Numbered from the stretch's first letter, positions 1 through 9,307 are shown. The stretch is DNA of 37,146 nt from Candidatus Hodarchaeota archaeon (GCA_016839785.1 JAEOTQ010000236.1:1-37146); one strand, 5' to 3'. Notes: generated by a model from the letters alone, not told the origin. Made by a program: numbers and translations.

Positions 1-284
1 ATTCCAGGAAGAGGGATATACACAGGAGTTGCTAGAACCAATGTATCAATTTCTCTGAGCTTTGGATATGTCGATTCCATATCATCTTTTATGAAGCACC
101 TACCAATAGTGTCATACCAGCATTTAAAGCAACCAGTACACGGAAGGATTTTCTGTCTTTTTGGATAGAACAGCTCAACTTTTGCTCCAGCTTTTTTCAT
201 TCCTTCAACAAGAGGTTTGAGTACAAAGGCCGTATTTCCGTTTTCAGTTCTTGCACTCCCATTGACAATCATTACTTTGGACAT
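1..284 (-). CDS. Iron-sulfur flavoprotein / flavodoxin-family FMN reductase (partial, runs off the left edge; not in the ORF track)
   Basis: Manual translation from ATG at 284: MSKVMIVNGSARTENGNTAFVLKPLVEGMKKAGAKVELFYPKRQKILPCTGCFKCWYDTIGRCFIKDDM...LVLATPVY. It has the NGS-R-xxGNT FMN loop and the Isf-type CX2CX2CX7C motif. Confidence 0.88.
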   Translation of the reverse strand, partial: MSKVMIVNGSARTENGNTAFVLKPLVEGMKKAGAKVELFYPKRQKILPCTGCFKCWYDTIGRCFIKDDMESTYPKLREIDTLVLATPVYIPLPG

Positions 285-402
285 TACGTATTTCCTTCTA
301 TTTTTAAATAACAAATTGATTATTAGCTTAATAGCGCCTATATTATCTACTTATATTTGTTTTGACTAACTCGGAAGTTTGATATAATTGAGGATCCTGA
401 TT

Positions 403-418
403 CGAAAATTATATATAT
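403..418 (+). promoter_or_regulatory. Archaeal BRE + TATA box for the PadR operon
   Basis: CGAAAA-TTATATATAT about 60 nt upstream of the 478 start. GGTGA SD at 467-471. Confidence 0.7.
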
Positions 419-420
419 GA

Positions 421-468
421 GATACAGTATGTATCACATACAGCATATTCGTAATACAGTATTGTAGG
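421..468. promoter_or_regulatory. Three ATAC-A-G(T/C)AT palindromic boxes at 16-bp period; candidate PadR operator
   Basis: ATACAGTAT 422-430, ATACAGCAT 438-446 and ATACAGTAT 454-462, lying between the TATA box and the SD. Confidence 0.65.
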
Positions 469-477
469 TGATTCATT

Positions 478-1035
478 TTGATCAGTAATATTAAGGGATC
501 TGACTCAACTGCGTTAATAGAATCCAAATCTCATCGTAAATTTCTCGAAAACTTTGAGAGCGATCTATTACGTGGGATAGGGAAAGTTTGCGTGTTAAAA
601 ATCATAAAAAATCATGGAAAAGAAGGGGTATATGGGTGGCAACTCCTAAAGGATTTTAAAGACCTAACAAATGATAAGTTGATAATCAAAGAAGGTACTC
701 TTTATCCTTTACTAAGAAATCTTGAAAAATGGGAATCTAAGGGTAATAGACTATCTTTAATCAAATCTTATAGAGTAGTTGAAAAAGATCGTCCCAGAAA
801 GTACTATCATCTTACAGAAGAGGGAGAAAAAATTCTTTCTCACTTAGAGGGTTTCTTTCTCAAACTACTTGAGGCAATTTCAGGTATAAATGATTTTCAA
901 ATCATCCTGAAGGAGGAAAAATATATTTTTTGCCAAAACTGTAAAACAAGAATAGAATATTCAGACAGTGATATTCAATTCTGCGAAATATGTGGATTTA
1001 AACTAATTCATGAAGATCAGGAGAATAAAAAATGA
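478..1035 (+). CDS. PadR-family transcriptional regulator with C-terminal zinc ribbon
   Basis: YGWQLLK...EGTLYPLLRNLE...RPRKYYHLTEEG PadR wHTH signature; C-terminal CQNC...CEIC. Confidence 0.9.
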   Translation: MISNIKGSDSTALIESKSHRKFLENFESDLLRGIGKVCVLKIIKNHGKEGVYGWQLLKDFKDLTNDKLIIKEGTLYPLLRNLEKWESKGNRLSLIKSYRVVEKDRPRKYYHLTEEGEKILSHLEGFFLKLLEAISGINDFQIILKEEKYIFCQNCKTRIEYSDSDIQFCEICGFKLIHEDQENKK

Positions 1036-2051
1036 CAACTGAAAATGAAAAACTAGTAAATAATTTCCTTGAGGAAATTAAGAAAAACCTACCAGAATGG
1101 CTTAAAAGTAATGAAACTAAAGTAGAAGACATTTTGTTAGAAATTAACTCACATCTTTGGGATAGTGCCCAAGAAATAGCAGGGTCCGATGATCCTGATC
1201 GAAATAGTATACAAGAAGCTATAAATCGACTAGGGAATCCAAAAGAAATAGCGAAAAGTTACAAAAATCGTGGGACTCCTAAATATTTTGTATCAGAGGA
1301 ATTATGGCCGATTTATACCCAAGTGATTGGTTTTATTGTTGCGATCATATTTACTGTGATTGTTATTACTCAAGTAGTATTGATTGAACCAAATAATCTT
1401 CTTCAAGCTCTTACGAATGGGTTAACTCTTTCTTTCTCAAGTGTCAGTATCTTTATAGTTATAGTTACAGCCATTTTCGTTGGTCTATCACATGAAGGGT
1501 ATTTCCCAAAGGATTTGGGAGCAAAAGATGAGGCTAAGGAATCAAAGACTAACTTCTATAAACCTAATGAATTTCTCTTTAATGGTCTTTTTGGGGTTCT
1601 CTTTGGTTTATTACTAATTGTCATGCCCCTTGATATGATAAATCTGTTCAGGATCATTGTGAATTGGATCATTGGATTCCTTGGTGGTACTTTAATGGTT
1701 TTCAATTCCGCAAGTATATCGCTTGAATTACAGACTTTATTAACAATTGTAGGCATCTTTGCTGTAATTACTGGTGTCACTAATCTACTAAAAATAACTA
1801 AAGATATTAGATTTCATCTTACTATGAATGTTATTCTGATGATCACAGGAATTGTAGATCTTGGGATTAGCTTCTATATTGTCGCAAATCTGCACTTGCT
1901 CTCCGAAGTTCTACCAATTGCCGAGAATATATTACTATTCCTGTGTGTGATAGGAATTATTGGAGCAATCGTTGAGATTTTTAAGACAATTTCAACAAAT
2001 ATCAAACTTTATGGATTCCTTGAGGAGAAAAAAATCTCCTCAACCGCTTAA
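1032..2051 (+). CDS. PadR-associated membrane protein with N-terminal HAAS/DUF1700-like domain
   Basis: N-terminal FLEEIKKNLP...EINSHL...AINRLGNPKEIAKSY motif followed by about 6-7 hydrophobic helices; 4-nt overlap with padR. Confidence 0.8.
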   Translation: MTTENEKLVNNFLEEIKKNLPEWLKSNETKVEDILLEINSHLWDSAQEIAGSDDPDRNSIQEAINRLGNPKEIAKSYKNRGTPKYFVSEELWPIYTQVIGFIVAIIFTVIVITQVVLIEPNNLLQALTNGLTLSFSSVSIFIVIVTAIFVGLSHEGYFPKDLGAKDEAKESKTNFYKPNEFLFNGLFGVLFGLLLIVMPLDMINLFRIIVNWIIGFLGGTLMVFNSASISLELQTLLTIVGIFAVITGVTNLLKITKDIRFHLTMNVILMITGIVDLGISFYIVANLHLLSEVLPIAENILLFLCVIGIIGAIVEIFKTISTNIKLYGFLEEKKISSTA

Positions 2052-2070
2052 GTATCTGGAGACATAAGGA

Positions 2071-3051
2071 ATGAAGGCAGTTACTTATTCAAAATACGGT
2101 CCACCTGATGTTCTACAATTAAAAGAGGTTTCCAACCCTACTCCTAAGGAAAATGAAATCCTGATTAGAAATCATGCGACAACGGTGACTTTATTCGACT
2201 GTTGGATGCGAAGTAACACATCTCCTCCTGGGTTCGGACTCATAATGCGTATAGCGAATGGTATCAGAAAACCAAAGCAACCTATACTAGGCACTGAGCT
2301 AGCTGGAGAGATTATATACGTAGGTAAAGACGTTACTTTATTGAAGAAAGGTGACCAAGTTTATGGGTTTACTGGGGATTTAGGTGCATATGTCGAGTAT
2401 ATGTGTTTGCCTGAGGACGGGATGGTATCACTAAAACCAACCAATATGACCTATGAAGAAGCCGCTGCTGTTCCACAAGGGGCATTAACCGCCTTGTATT
2501 TCTTAAGGAAAGGAAATATACAGAAGGGTCAAAAAATTCTCATCTTTGGCGCTTCTGGAGGAGTGGGTACTTTTGCCGTACAGATTGCCAAAAATATATA
2601 CGAATGTGAAGTTACAGGGGTATGTAGTACCTCGAAGATAGAGTTAGTACAATCCTTGGGAGTCGACAAAACCATTGATTATACTAAAGAAGACTTTACC
2701 AAAAACGGGGAGGTTTATGATATTATACTCGACACAATAGGTAAAAGCAACATACGACGAAGTAAAAGAGTACTAAAGGAAAATGGGTTTTATCTTTTTA
2801 CAACCTTTGGATTGCCAAAGCTTTTTGGAATATTGTGGCTTAAAGTGACAAGCAGCAAGAAGACATTTTTTGGGCTCTTAGAAGAGAGAACAGAAGATCT
2901 GATCTTCCTCAAAGAGCGAATCGAAGAGGGGAAGCTATCGTCGGTCATTGATAGATGTTATCCAATGGAACAGATTGCTGAAGCTCATAGATATGTCGAA
3001 ACAGGACAGAAAAAGGGTCAGGTAGTCATCAATATAGTACAAGAGGATTAA
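2071..3051 (+). CDS. NAD(P)-dependent MDR-family oxidoreductase (zinc-independent ADH/quinone reductase-like)
   Basis: MKAVTYSKYGPPDVL start, GTELAG, GASGGVG nucleotide-binding motif, IDYTKEDF, C-terminal EAHRYVETGQKKGQVVI. Confidence 0.92.
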   Translation: MKAVTYSKYGPPDVLQLKEVSNPTPKENEILIRNHATTVTLFDCWMRSNTSPPGFGLIMRIANGIRKPKQPILGTELAGEIIYVGKDVTLLKKGDQVYGFTGDLGAYVEYMCLPEDGMVSLKPTNMTYEEAAAVPQGALTALYFLRKGNIQKGQKILIFGASGGVGTFAVQIAKNIYECEVTGVCSTSKIELVQSLGVDKTIDYTKEDFTKNGEVYDIILDTIGKSNIRRSKRVLKENGFYLFTTFGLPKLFGILWLKVTSSKKTFFGLLEERTEDLIFLKERIEEGKLSSVIDRCYPMEQIAEAHRYVETGQKKGQVVINIVQED

Positions 3052-3054
3052 GAA

Positions 3055-3810
3055 ATGAAAGTTAGTAAACCAAGAATGGCTTTTAAATTTTCAAAGATGT
3101 TTTTCTGGAGAATTATAAAAAGAAAATGGTACATGCCTGGTGTGCCTGAAATTAACGTGGATCAGTTAGCAGAGCGACTGAAATCTAATGACCCTCCATT
3201 AATACTTGATCTTCGAGACAGAGCAGATTTTGAGGGTATGGGAGACTCTAAATATGACAAACATGGACATATTCAAGACGCTAAATGGATTCCCATTATG
3301 GAACTTCCATCTCTGTTCGATGAAATTCCTAAAGACAGAGAAATCGTCACTATTTGTCCAGGTGGGGGAATGTCCTTAGTTGCAGCTGAACTAATGATCA
3401 ATGCGGGATTTATAGATGCTAAGAGTTTAAAAGGTGGTATATGGGAATGGGCTAAACATGGACATCCCCTTATTAAAGGAATCGAAACAACAGAATCCTC
3501 TTCTGAAGAAATTGAACTTAGTAGAGATAAAACCAGGAGTGAAATAATCGAAGGAGCGCAATCTAAGGAATATCTTGGTGAAATAGACGATACCGTAGAC
3601 GCACGTGATCTACTTTGCCCGAGACCTGTCTTGATGTCCAAGAAAGCGTTGAATAAATTGGAAGTTGGGCAGGTATTGGAAATTTTAACTACTGATCCAG
3701 GTAGTTGTAGAGATATTCCTGCTTGGACTCATGTCACTAGTCAGGAGCTCTTAAGCTATGAGGAACGTGGTTCTAAAAGTTTCCGTTTTCTTGTAAAAAA
3801 ACTGCACTAA
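3055..3810 (+). CDS. Rhodanese-TusA fusion sulfurtransferase
   Basis: Rhodanese domain (LDLR, GHI, active loop CPGGGMS, LKGGIWEW) plus C-terminal TusA/SirA domain (DARDLLCPRP, TTDPGS). Confidence 0.88.
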   Translation: MKVSKPRMAFKFSKMFFWRIIKRKWYMPGVPEINVDQLAERLKSNDPPLILDLRDRADFEGMGDSKYDKHGHIQDAKWIPIMELPSLFDEIPKDREIVTICPGGGMSLVAAELMINAGFIDAKSLKGGIWEWAKHGHPLIKGIETTESSSEEIELSRDKTRSEIIEGAQSKEYLGEIDDTVDARDLLCPRPVLMSKKALNKLEVGQVLEILTTDPGSCRDIPAWTHVTSQELLSYEERGSKSFRFLVKKLH

Positions 3811-4091
3811 ATTCTAAATGAAGGTTATGAGATGTAACAAGAGGAACGAGATAAACCTATTCTCAAGATTAACACTATTTAGTGAATGATATGGAAAAGG
3901 AAGCTAAAATGATAGATATATGTATCACGATTTGTCAGAAGAAATGAGACCATTTCTTTTAGAGTTACCCTCTCCTTTATTTTGATTCTCATGAATATTG
4001 GTGTATTTCGTATATAAGTACTGAAAATTGATCACTGAAGTAAACCTCAAAAATGAACTAGCGAAATTAAATTTCCTCCGGAGTTACCATC

Positions 4092-5954
4092 ATGAAAGAA
4101 GCTTTTCTCGTAATTAATCCTGTTGCTGCTGGAGGACGTGTTAAAACGCTTTGGGAGAAAAAAATTAAGCCATTAGTCGACGAAACCGCGTTAGAATATG
4201 ATTTTGAATTCACTTCTTCCCCTCATCAAGCAATTGAAATTGCTAGAAGCCGTGTTAATGAGGGATACAAGGTTATTTGTTCATTAGGAGGGGATGGAAC
4301 AGCAAATGAGGTAATAAATGGGATTTTGAAGGCTGACAAGCCTGGAATTTTCTCTGCTATTCCTGTTGGAACTGGGAGTGATGTTCCTACTACTTATGGG
4401 ATACCTGAAAATGATTTAGAAGCAGCTGTGCAATGCTTAGTGAACGGTCAAAATAAAACCTTTGATGTAGGTTACTGTGAAACAGCTGATCGGTACTTCG
4501 CTGGAGTAGCTTCTATGGGCTTTGATGCACAAGTAACTCAAGTTGCTGATCGGACCCATAAAGGATCTAAAAGATTTTTAGGAGTAAGAAGTTATCAATT
4601 AGCTTTTGCCAGAACACTGACAAGATTGAAGCATTATAATCTGTTAATTAGGATTGATGGAGACCAAACAATCGCAGGCAAAAGAATGTTACTCGCTATA
4701 GGCAATGGAAAACGTTACGGGGCTGGAATGCATATCTGTCCTGATGCAGAAGTAACAGATGGCAAATTTACTGTAACTTCCGTGCAGAGAATGAGTCGAA
4801 TTACTCTCCTGCGATTTTTCCCTACAGTGTATGAGGGTGATCATCTCACACATAAAAGTGTTGAGACGTTTGAGGGGGAATCAATTCATGTGGATTCTAC
4901 CAAAAAAAAGAAATGTTTATATCAGGTAGATGGTGAAATCTTGGGATATCTCCCGGAGACTTTTGTAACAAAACCGAACCTCTTAACTGTACGTGTTCCA
5001 GATCCATGGATTTCTTATTCTGAAATTTGGGAAGGTAAATTGAGAGACGAGAAAGGATTCACTGATCCATTCACTGGGAATAAACTTCTTTTAGCTAAAC
5101 TCCTTTATCTTAACCCCATTTCGAATTATAAAAGAGGACTTGACTGGAGTCAGTCCAAAGAGGAAGTAAATGCAGAAAAGCAGTCAAAAGATGAAGTTAA
5201 AAGTATTAATGAAGAAAATTATTTGTATATGAAGGAAAAACATTTTTCGAAACGAGTGATATTTTTCTTGCTTAGAACTTTTTTCCAAACTCTCAGTTTA
5301 TCAGTTGCATTTACAGCTCCAATAGTTTTTCCATGGTTTTTTGATATCGTTTTTCCAAATCTACTAGCTCTAATTCCCCAAGAAATTGGTGCTTTTGTTC
5401 AGGAAGTAATTGATACCATACAATCTTTTTTTGTACTACCTTCTTGGGTAGAATCTATAATTAGGTTCTTTATGGATCTATCTGCAATCTTTAATCCCTT
5501 TCTTGTCTTTTCATTAATAATGATTTTCTTCAAACAGGTTGGAGCGCTCGCTGAGGAGGAATATCATGATCCATTCAGCTCTGTAAATGGAACACCAACA
5601 TCTACTGGTTATTTTTTGGATTCTATTAGAAGGAAGTTTAGTTTCGATTTTTCCTCCGCTACTCTGATCTTACTCATCGTTTCTAGTTGTGTATCTTTCT
5701 TTTTAGTAATTAGAAGGGCCAGAGGAATTTTATTTGAAGTGATGACAACTAAAGAAGAAATAAGGCACCGTGCAAATGTTAGAAAGGTTTTCCTGAAATA
5801 CTGCAAAGAGGGAACCTATACAGAAATTGATTATACCAAAAATCGACTCTCTGAATCAAAAAAGACAAAAACTTTTGCTAATCTAGTGAAATATGGACCA
5901 ATGGTTTCGTTAATTATCCCTGCAATACTCGCAATACTATTTATTCTGCTTTAA
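4092..5954 (+). CDS. Diacylglycerol/lipid kinase (YegS/DAGK family) fused to an uncharacterised C-terminal membrane domain
   Basis: NPVAAGG, GGDGT, PVGTGSD, GFDA, GNGKRYGAG and QVDGE motifs in aa 1-~300; aa ~390-620 has several TM helices. Confidence 0.85.
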   Translation: MKEAFLVINPVAAGGRVKTLWEKKIKPLVDETALEYDFEFTSSPHQAIEIARSRVNEGYKVICSLGGDGTANEVINGILKADKPGIFSAIPVGTGSDVPTTYGIPENDLEAAVQCLVNGQNKTFDVGYCETADRYFAGVASMGFDAQVTQVADRTHKGSKRFLGVRSYQLAFARTLTRLKHYNLLIRIDGDQTIAGKRMLLAIGNGKRYGAGMHICPDAEVTDGKFTVTSVQRMSRITLLRFFPTVYEGDHLTHKSVETFEGESIHVDSTKKKKCLYQVDGEILGYLPETFVTKPNLLTVRVPDPWISYSEIWEGKLRDEKGFTDPFTGNKLLLAKLLYLNPISNYKRGLDWSQSKEEVNAEKQSKDEVKSINEENYLYMKEKHFSKRVIFFLLRTFFQTLSLSVAFTAPIVFPWFFDIVFPNLLALIPQEIGAFVQEVIDTIQSFFVLPSWVESIIRFFMDLSAIFNPFLVFSLIMIFFKQVGALAEEEYHDPFSSVNGTPTSTGYFLDSIRRKFSFDFSSATLILLIVSSCVSFFLVIRRARGILFEVMTTKEEIRHRANVRKVFLKYCKEGTYTEIDYTKNRLSESKKTKTFANLVKYGPMVSLIIPAILAILFILL

Positions 5955-5978
5955 TCAAACAAAAGAAAACAATCTCAG

Positions 5979-7007
5979 ATGATAATGATGGATAATAAAG
6001 GTAATGCAAAAAATAAAATGAAAGCGATTGTCAATGAAAGATATGGACCACCCGAGGGTCTAAAATTAAAAGAAGTAGATGCACCTACTCCGAAAGATAA
6101 AGAAATACAGATTCGAATACATGCGACGACAGTAGGTTTCGGAGATATTGCCGCACGAGATTTTACATATCGGATATTCCATATGCCTGCGCCTTTATAT
6201 CCCCTGATGAAATTTGTGTTTGGTATCAGAAAACCCAAAAAAACTATTCTGGGAACCGAATTTTCAGGAACCGTTGAGGCTCTAGGGGCCAACGTAACTC
6301 TATTTAAGGAAGGAGATGATGTTTTTGGATATGTTGGTCAGAAAATGGGCTGTTATGCGGAATACATGTGTATGTCTGAAGATGGCTCGGTTACGCTAAA
6401 ACCAACCAATATGACGCATGCAGAAGCCGCTGCCATTCCTTATGGGGGAATCATAGCAGGTGAAATACTTAGAAAAATGAATATTCAACCAAGACAAAAA
6501 ATCCTTATCATTGGCGCTTCTGGAGGGATCGGTTCGGCTGCTGTCCAGCTTGCCAAGCACCACTATGATGCAGAAGTGACCGGGGTGTGTGGTACCCCGA
6601 GATTGGAATTTGTGAAGTCGCTAGGAGCTGATAAGGTAATAGACTATACAAAAGAGGATTTCACACAAAGCGGTGAGACGTACGATATTATTTTTGACAT
6701 ATTGAACAAGAGTTCGTTTGGTCGTTGTAAAAATTCGCTCGTGAAGAATGGCCGCTATATTTTAGCCAGCTTTGGAATGAAACATGTTTTTCAAATGCTA
6801 TGGACCAAATTGATAGGGAGTAAAAAAGTAATATGCTCGATGGCAATGAAAGAGGATATACATCCTGTTAAAGAGCTTGCGGAAATAGGAACGTTAAAAG
6901 CGGTCATAGACAAAAGCTTTCTCTTGGAACAGGCCGCTGAGGCTCACAAGTATGTTGAGGAAGGGCGGAAAAAGGGCCATGTTGTAATCACTTTAGACCA
7001 TCTGTAG
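5979..7007 (+). CDS. Second NAD(P)-dependent MDR-family oxidoreductase (true start probably ATG 6018)
   Basis: MKAIVNERYGPPE, GTEFSG, GASGGIG and IDYTKEDF; clear paralog of 2071..3051. Confidence 0.92.
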   Translation: MIMMDNKGNAKNKMKAIVNERYGPPEGLKLKEVDAPTPKDKEIQIRIHATTVGFGDIAARDFTYRIFHMPAPLYPLMKFVFGIRKPKKTILGTEFSGTVEALGANVTLFKEGDDVFGYVGQKMGCYAEYMCMSEDGSVTLKPTNMTHAEAAAIPYGGIIAGEILRKMNIQPRQKILIIGASGGIGSAAVQLAKHHYDAEVTGVCGTPRLEFVKSLGADKVIDYTKEDFTQSGETYDIIFDILNKSSFGRCKNSLVKNGRYILASFGMKHVFQMLWTKLIGSKKVICSMAMKEDIHPVKELAEIGTLKAVIDKSFLLEQAAEAHKYVEEGRKKGHVVITLDHL

Positions 7008-7022
7008 ATTAAAGGTGACAAA

Positions 7023-7115
7023 ATGGAAAATACCGATACTAAGGAATCGATTGTAGAAAGGATAAAAAGCTCATTATCTAGGTCGGTTGAGGAAGACTGT
7101 CTGGCTTTTGGGTAA
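7023..7115 (+). other. 30-codon ORF with a strong SD; possible gene remnant or small protein
   Basis: AAAGGTGA precedes ATG 7023; MENTDTKESIVERIKSSLSRSVEEDCLAFG*. No recognisable motif. Confidence 0.25.
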
Positions 7116-7316
7116 AGGCGTAAACATACCCGAATAAAATCATAGAGAAAATATAGGAGGATTCCTATTGAGTATCGAAAAGAGCTTGTCTAGTTTTTTC
7201 TTTCTGTCTATATTGGGCTTAAACTTTGCAAAGATGGCACTTGGTGAGAATTGTTTAACAATTGAATTTACCTTCAAATTTAATTATTTATATGAAATTA
7301 TTAGGGTGGAATAGAA

Positions 7317-7796
7317 TTGGAAATCAACAAGCTAAAGATTTTATTGATTGTGTTTTCTTTTCATCATAATAATACTGAGAAAATTGCTAATGTCTTCGCC
7401 AAAGTGCTTAATGCAAAAATAAAGAAGCCCCAGCAAATAAACCCTGAAGAACTTCAAGAGTATAGGCTAATAGGCTTTGGCTCGGGGATCTATGATGAAA
7501 AACACCATAAAATTCTACTTAAACTTGCTGATAAACTACCACATGTCACCAATAGGAAGGCATTCCTTTTCTCAACTAGTGGAGTTACAAACGAAGGAGA
7601 AATTGCTAAAGCTCATTCACATCTTCGGGAAAAGTTGCATTCAAAAGGTTACGTAATTCTTGATGAATTTAACTGTGCGGGATTTAACACGAATAGCTTT
7701 TTGCGATTCTTTGGTGGAATGAATAAAGGTAGGCCTAATGCTAAAGACCTCAAACAGGCAGAAGAGTTTGCCCAGAACCTGAAACAGACCCTGTAA
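7317..7796 (+). CDS. Flavodoxin family protein
   Basis: SFHHNNTEKIA FMN loop, IGFGSGIY, FSTSG and GRPNAKDLKQAEEFA. Confidence 0.88.
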   Translation: MEINKLKILLIVFSFHHNNTEKIANVFAKVLNAKIKKPQQINPEELQEYRLIGFGSGIYDEKHHKILLKLADKLPHVTNRKAFLFSTSGVTNEGEIAKAHSHLREKLHSKGYVILDEFNCAGFNTNSFLRFFGGMNKGRPNAKDLKQAEEFAQNLKQTL

Positions 7797-7894
7797 GCTA
7801 AGATATTAAAAAATTTAAAAATGGTACGATGAAATTCAATTCACCTATGTAGAAAAAAAGGAAGAGAATAATGAGAATTTCCCTATATCTAGAT

Positions 7895-9307
7895 TTAATC
7901 TGTAGATAAGAATTCCAACGCTTTTTCTTTGATTTTCTCCATAGTTTTTGAATCAACTGCTACTTCTGAGTACTCTAGTAACAAGCTTAGTTTTCCAGCA
8001 CAAGTGACTGCGCCCAAGTTAAAATTAATGGTAGTTAATGGAAATGCACCACCAGGACTCATAATTAATCGATCTAATTCTAATGTTCCGTAAGTTCTTG
8101 GAAAATTCATCCGTGTGAGATTTGTTACTGCTGTACCTAAAGAAGGTTTATCTAAAGAGTCAATATTTCCTCTTTTAAGGACAGAGGTGACCACGTCATC
8201 TTGTTTACTGAACGTAGAAAGTTTTTCATATCGTGAAGAATCTGATGGGACAAGCCCACCCACCATTTTGAAACCAAGAGATTCCATAATAGATGGTTCA
8301 AGATAACACCATGTTAATGGTTCTTTAAAGAGATTTTTGTTAGTATAGAGTGGTTTCAATTTCTCATGGAGTTTCCGTCCATTCTCCCAAAAACTAATTT
8401 TTTTGTTATATTTAAATTTTAGAGAGATTCCACCAGCAAAATAGCCCATAGATTCCCCAGCAGGCTTTGGAAGCCGTTTTCTCAGGTCACCCGCGATGAT
8501 CATACTTGAATGATTGGATTTATCCCCTTGAATAAGGTATTGAGCACCTGTAAACGCGGCAGCTAGCGCTGTATTTACAGTAACACCCTCCTTTCTACAA
8601 CGATCCACCAATGCTGAAGTTTGAGCCTCAGATAACTCCACTGAAATCATTTGATGGTTAAAATTCGTCCAATAGGCCTCATTCAAATTCTCATAATCTT
8701 CTTGATCGAAAAAAGTCGGATTTTTTAACCATTTTTTACCCATTCGATTAACAAAATATTTGACAATACGATTAATGGAAACGTCTTGAGGTAAATTATC
8801 TTTATACATTGGGACTGGATCAGGTAAGATTTCCACTTCTTTAGTTGGATCTCCTAGATGGGACATCATATCTCTTGCAAGATATGCTAATGACATTCCG
8901 TCACATATGATATGATGACATATAATTAGTAATTCAGAGACAGCTTGAGATTGTATTAATATAAATCGGATAGCTGGTCGTTCCTCAAACTCAAAAGGTT
9001 TTTTACGTTCCTCTTTTAACACTTCAATCCATTGTCCGTCTGCTTTTCGAGGTATGATAGTTATTGGAATTTCTTTCACTCCATCCATCGTAAACCAAGG
9101 ATTATGATCAGCATCTTCCTGAATTCGGACTCTTAGAGGTAGATGTCTTTGTTGAACTTTGGAAACAGCATTAGTTATCATAGTCTCTGTGATATTTCCT
9201 TTTATCCGAGCTACCATTGTAACGATACCATAAGGGGATCGTGTAAATATACGTTCTAAAGGACTAACCCTTCTTTCAAATTTTATAAGTTGTTTTGTTT
9301 CTGACAT
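7895..9307 (-). CDS. Stand-alone condensation-domain / CoA-dependent acyltransferase (NRPS-C, PapA5/ATF-like)
   Basis: Catalytic HHIICDG motif, RHLPLRVRI, LVDRCRKEGVTVN, DLRKRL and TNL; two-lobed length of about 470 aa. Confidence 0.85.
   Translation of the reverse strand: MSETKQLIKFERRVSPLERIFTRSPYGIVTMVARIKGNITETMITNAVSKVQQRHLPLRVRIQEDADHNPWFTMDGVKEIPITIIPRKADGQWIEVLKEERKKPFEFEERPAIRFILIQSQAVSELLIICHHIICDGMSLAYLARDMMSHLGDPTKEVEILPDPVPMYKDNLPQDVSINRIVKYFVNRMGKKWLKNPTFFDQEDYENLNEAYWTNFNHQMISVELSEAQTSALVDRCRKEGVTVNTALAAAFTGAQYLIQGDKSNHSSMIIAGDLRKRLPKPAGESMGYFAGGISLKFKYNKKISFWENGRKLHEKLKPLYTNKNLFKEPLTWCYLEPSIMESLGFKMVGGLVPSDSSRYEKLSTFSKQDDVVTSVLKRGNIDSLDKPSLGTAVTNLTRMNFPRTYGTLELDRLIMSPGGAFPLTTINFNLGAVTCAGKLSLLLEYSEVAVDSKTMEKIKEKALEFLSTD

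Noticed and set aside
421-468. The repeats as a mini-CRISPR or replication iterons
   Set aside because: The units are only 9 bp with 7-bp gaps, there are no cas or cdc6 genes, and the position fits an operator.
3811-4091. 280-nt intergenic gap as a possible gene remnant or ncRNA
   Set aside because: Only very short frames, with no recognisable motif or convincing structure.
7895-9307. NRPS biosynthetic gene cluster
   Set aside because: No adenylation, carrier, thioesterase or PPTase genes in the window.
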